A stretch of 63,968 nt of DNA, the filler included. It is 9 parts of 9 records of this genome, joined end to end, with 100 filler letters (N's around TTAATTAATTAA, not from the genome) between each part and the next. Parts side by side here need not be neighbours in the genome. Positions count along the whole stretch, not along the records: positions 60,803 to 63,968 come from SRR7504441_6937; 8 more parts are not named here. One strand, given 5' to 3'. Position 1 is the stretch's first letter; every line of letters starts with the position of its first letter. Below are positions 60,807-63,968 of the stretch, piece after piece. The translations under genes were made by a program, and so were the position numbers. The notes beneath the pieces are model-generated. The model worked only from the letters and a program-made list of their open reading frames with translations. It was not told the origin of the DNA and did no database searches.

Positions 60807-61184
60807 ATGCCTGTGGGGATCTGGCTTCAGCTCTGTGCGCGGCATTGGCGCAACAAGCACGACGACAGGACATATGGGCAGCGGTTGGCTGCCCGCGTGC
60901 TTATTCAAGTTCCTGTACACCTCCTCCAGGTGATTGTGCTACTCCTTGGGTTGGCAATCGCCGTGTTCTTCTTTGTGGATCTGAATTTTGGAGTTGGTCC
61001 GCTGGTGCTCTTCTTAAGCTTGAATGCTATTCAGATTGCAGCAATCGCTATTTGGCGGCGGCTGTTCAAACCCCGCCCAAGAGCACATCGAGAGTTGCTC
61101 TATATCTCGCCGTCGTCCAAGCCACAGTCCGCTGAGGGCGGGCTGACACTGGAGCTTAATTCACTGTCGCTCAAGAGCACTTGA
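60807..61184 (+). CDS. 3' end of a membrane protein, truncated by the linker
   Basis: Two hydrophobic segments followed by an AT-rich 3' region. Confidence 0.45.
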   Translation: MPVGIWLQLCARHWRNKHDDRTYGQRLAARVLIQVPVHLLQVIVLLLGLAIAVFFFVDLNFGVGPLVLFLSLNAIQIAAIAIWRRLFKPRPRAHRELLYISPSSKPQSAEGGLTLELNSLSLKST

Positions 61185-61510
61185 AGGAATTTCAATCGTC
61201 GTCACCTATGACCGAACCAAGCGATGCTCTACTGCGTACATCTCACCGTCACCTAAGCCAGAGGCCGATGAGAGAGTGGGTTGACGCTCGCACGTAACGT
61301 GCACTATACCGAGTGATTTGATTATTTGGTTGTGCATCTTTTTAAGTTTTAGACAGATTTAAAATTGCCAACTCTCGGGTGTATTTTAAATCTAGCTACA
61401 TGTACATGTACGGACTGTACCTCAGGCGCACATGTATGTTTGACAGAGTCGTTGAACACGCACAATCGTCTAGAGACTTGATCTCAATCTCGAGACAGCA
61501 GCGTGCCCGC

Positions 61511-63811
61511 TCAGTCTTTGATCCAAGTCAAGCTCACTGACTGGGAGAGCAGCGGCCCAAAGTAACTCGACTGGATCGTGTCCACTTTCTCATGGTGACC
61601 GAGCGTCTTGGCCTTCCAGAGTTCGATGGAGTACCCCGAGAGCATTCCGTGCCGGGCCCCGCCGCTGAGCACGCACACCTGTGGGCCGTGGTTGCCGTCC
61701 TGGGTCTCGACCGAGCACTGGAGCTGCCTTTGGTCATCGTAGACCTTAAGAGATTTCCACCAGGTGATGTTGCTGGTGGTCGAGAGCGCGATTGTAACAT
61801 TGCCTGAAGTGCCAGCAGTGGGTGCGCGGCTGACAGTCCAGTCTATGACGTCGCTATCGGTGGAGTGGTACACGCCGGAGGGCGGGTTCTTGTAGGGCGG
61901 CGCCATCGCGAGATCGAGCACTGCAGTGGGTGCGCGGGCCTGCACACTGAGCGTGTTGTTGCCTTGCTCAGTCGCGACCCCATTGATCACATCCAGCTCA
62001 TACCCGGCAGCGTAGTACACTGCCCGGTTGAAGTAGACCTCCGAGCTGCCGCTGTTCCCGGAGCTGTTTACGATCAGCCTGAACGCCGCCGACTTTCGGT
62101 CAAACTGCATCAGCACTGGCTCGCCTGCGATCACCGGTGCATAGGTCCTGCGACAGCAATCACCAACCGCTGGCCCTGCGGCCGGCCACCTGGAGAGCGC
62201 ATTCACTTTGGCGGTCTGGAGCGTGCCGTTACTGAAGTAGAAGCTCTCGAGCGGACCGGACACAGTTGTGATATCATCAAAGTACCTGCATTCAGCTCAG
62301 CTCCAGATGGAGGCCCCTGGGGGTGCACTTGAACTGCCAATATGCCCACGAGTGCAGCGCGGCGTCGGCCCGCGTTGTCACCCTGTCCACCTCCGCCACG
62401 CACAGGTCCGAGTCGGAGCACGCCCCAAATTCACTCACAAACGCCCCGCTCTGCGCCAGCCGTTGGGCCCAGCCCCGCTCTGCGCCAACTCGCCTGGAGC
62501 CTCGTTGCATCTGCTTGCCTCAGACGGACGGCGTCGCTCGCGAACGTGTCGCAGGTAGTGCCATCCTTGCACGGCGGATTGCCTGGCCGACAGTCGGGGC
62601 CGGGCCGGCCGGCGCGCCACCGTCGCTGTCACAGTTGGTCTCTGCGAAGCCACACGAGTAGATGTGGTAAGCAAGCACTTGATGTGCCGGGTCGGCCGGG
62701 CCCTGGGTGAACCCAACGGGATGCACCCCGCCGTACAACGGAATGTTGCTCGGGTAGGTGTCCGGGAACGGTGTGGGCTCGAAGAACACCACTGCCGCCG
62801 GGTCAGCCACCTTGATCAGCTGATACAGCTCCTGGTACAGCGGCTGCAAGTTAACCTGCCTCCACCGGTCGGCCGAGCCCGGCCCCGGGGGCGACCTTGT
62901 CGCCCTGTCCGGGCTCCAGCAGCGTGCCGTCGGCGTAAAAGTCTCCAGGGAGCGGCTCGTTGATCAATTCGTACCCGAGCACACCGGGCGCATCGGCAAA
63001 CGCAGTTGCCACCACCCGCCAGTAGCCTTTGAACGACGCGAGCACGTCCTGGTTGGTGTAGAAGTGCTCCCAGGCCGAGGCCACGTCTGGGGTGCGCGAG
63101 AAGAGCGAAAAGTCCTGGGTGAGGCAGTCAGCCGTGTCTGGGAATCCAGTGAGAGGGTCGGTGCTGAAGTTGAAGGAGGAGAAGGCTTTGCACTGGCCGA
63201 TCAGCCGGGCCACCCAGGGCAGGATCCCGGTCTTGCAGCTATTGGTCACCGGCATCAAGTGGGCCTCTCTGAGCCAGTCCGGCACCTGCCCTCGCCACAG
63301 TCGGCGCACCGTGGCGGAGGCCCCCTCACCCCCTCCCCACACCACTTCTCTGCGATCACGTCCTGATGCATATCGACGATCGTGTACAGCCCGGCTGCCC
63401 GGCCGGCCGTCGGGCCAGTCGCAGGCCCGGGGGCGCACCGGCGTGGAGGTCGTCGGACAGCTGGCGCATCACCTGAAGGTAGCTCTGGTTGTACTGACCA
63501 GGGGACGGCTCCACGCCCGGCCTGCCGACCGCTGGACCGGCGGCGGTGGCGGGCGTGAGGCACCACATGACGCCGAGCCGCACCGCGTTGAAGCCCCAGC
63601 GCTTGAGATTGGCGATGTCCTCCGCAGTAAACGAGGACTCTGGGTCGAATGGACCAGCGGTCCGCGGATGCCACGGCGGCTGCTTCTCGACCACGTTGAC
63701 GCCGTGGAAGATCCGGCGGAGCCCGGCCGAGTCCACAAAGTTTCCTCGGTCGTCAACCGTCAGCCGGACCGCGAGCACCGCCGGCAGAAGCAGCAGCGCT
63801 CGCCTCCACAT
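61511..63811 (-). CDS. Secreted endoglycoceramidase-like GH5 glycosidase, 8 introns
   Basis: RIFHGVNVVEK, WGFNAVRLGVMW|PGVEP, DMHQD..CGEG|VPDW, GYELINEP, FFEP, SEFG, W.YWQFK and SR|TY. Introns at 63522-63563, 63395-63438, 63286-63329, 62856-62895, 62583-62620, 62451-62493 (GC), 62286-62328 and 62148-62189. Confidence 0.93.
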
Positions 63812-63968
63812 GGTGCTACGCTGTCTTTTGAAGAGCCCGAGGGTTACCCGTTTTATTGTTGTGGTGTTGTGGCTGACCGACGGATGCGCATGCTTGCGCT
63901 TCTATTAAATTGTGTGCCGCCACGGCCAAAGCACCGACCGACCGCGCTACACACCCCCGGAATCGTTA

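Noticed and set aside
7590-63563. Introns as a recently spread introner transposon family
   Set aside because: Lengths are similar, but by eye the sequences are not alignable and show no shared terminal inverted repeats or target-site duplications beyond the AG|G proto-splice context. An all-versus-all alignment would be needed to exclude this fully.
1-63968. Prokaryotic operon, defence island or CRISPR interpretation
   Set aside because: Spliceosomal introns and eukaryote-specific genes (DIS3, UBE2O-like, RhoGEF) are present. No repeat-spacer array or cas gene was seen.

Overview
This is eukaryotic, not prokaryotic, DNA from a GC-rich and very gene-dense unidentified protist. Nine contigs are joined by artificial 100-bp linkers (44 N + TTAATTAATTAA + 44 N), so gene order across linkers carries no meaning. 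About 40 genes or gene fragments are recognisable, including DIS3/RRP44, L-asparaginase, a UBE2O-like E2, a PLA2G15/LCAT lipase, a GH5 endoglycoceramidase, GH54, a GH130-like hydrolase, an MFS sugar porter, a NIPA Mg transporter, an FGD-like RhoGEF, and Kelch, EF-hand, TPR and MYND proteins. The ORF track is fragmented because genes are split by very short spliceosomal introns. I reconstructed about 58 by hand. Nearly all are 37-50 nt, about 10 have GC donors, their acceptors are G-rich with no polypyrimidine tract, and several carry telomere-like TTAGGG/CCCTAA motifs. The most notable items are (1) an intronless carrier-protein plus poly-amino-acid-synthetase (Pls-type) membrane domain with no adenylation domain, (2) the intron system itself, (3) a protein with a ParB/Srx-like motif, (4) a membrane-anchored or secreted N-acetylneuraminate lyase/DHDPS-family enzyme, and (5) divergent promoters as short as about 50-110 bp. 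All calls come from manual motif recognition; no database searches were run.
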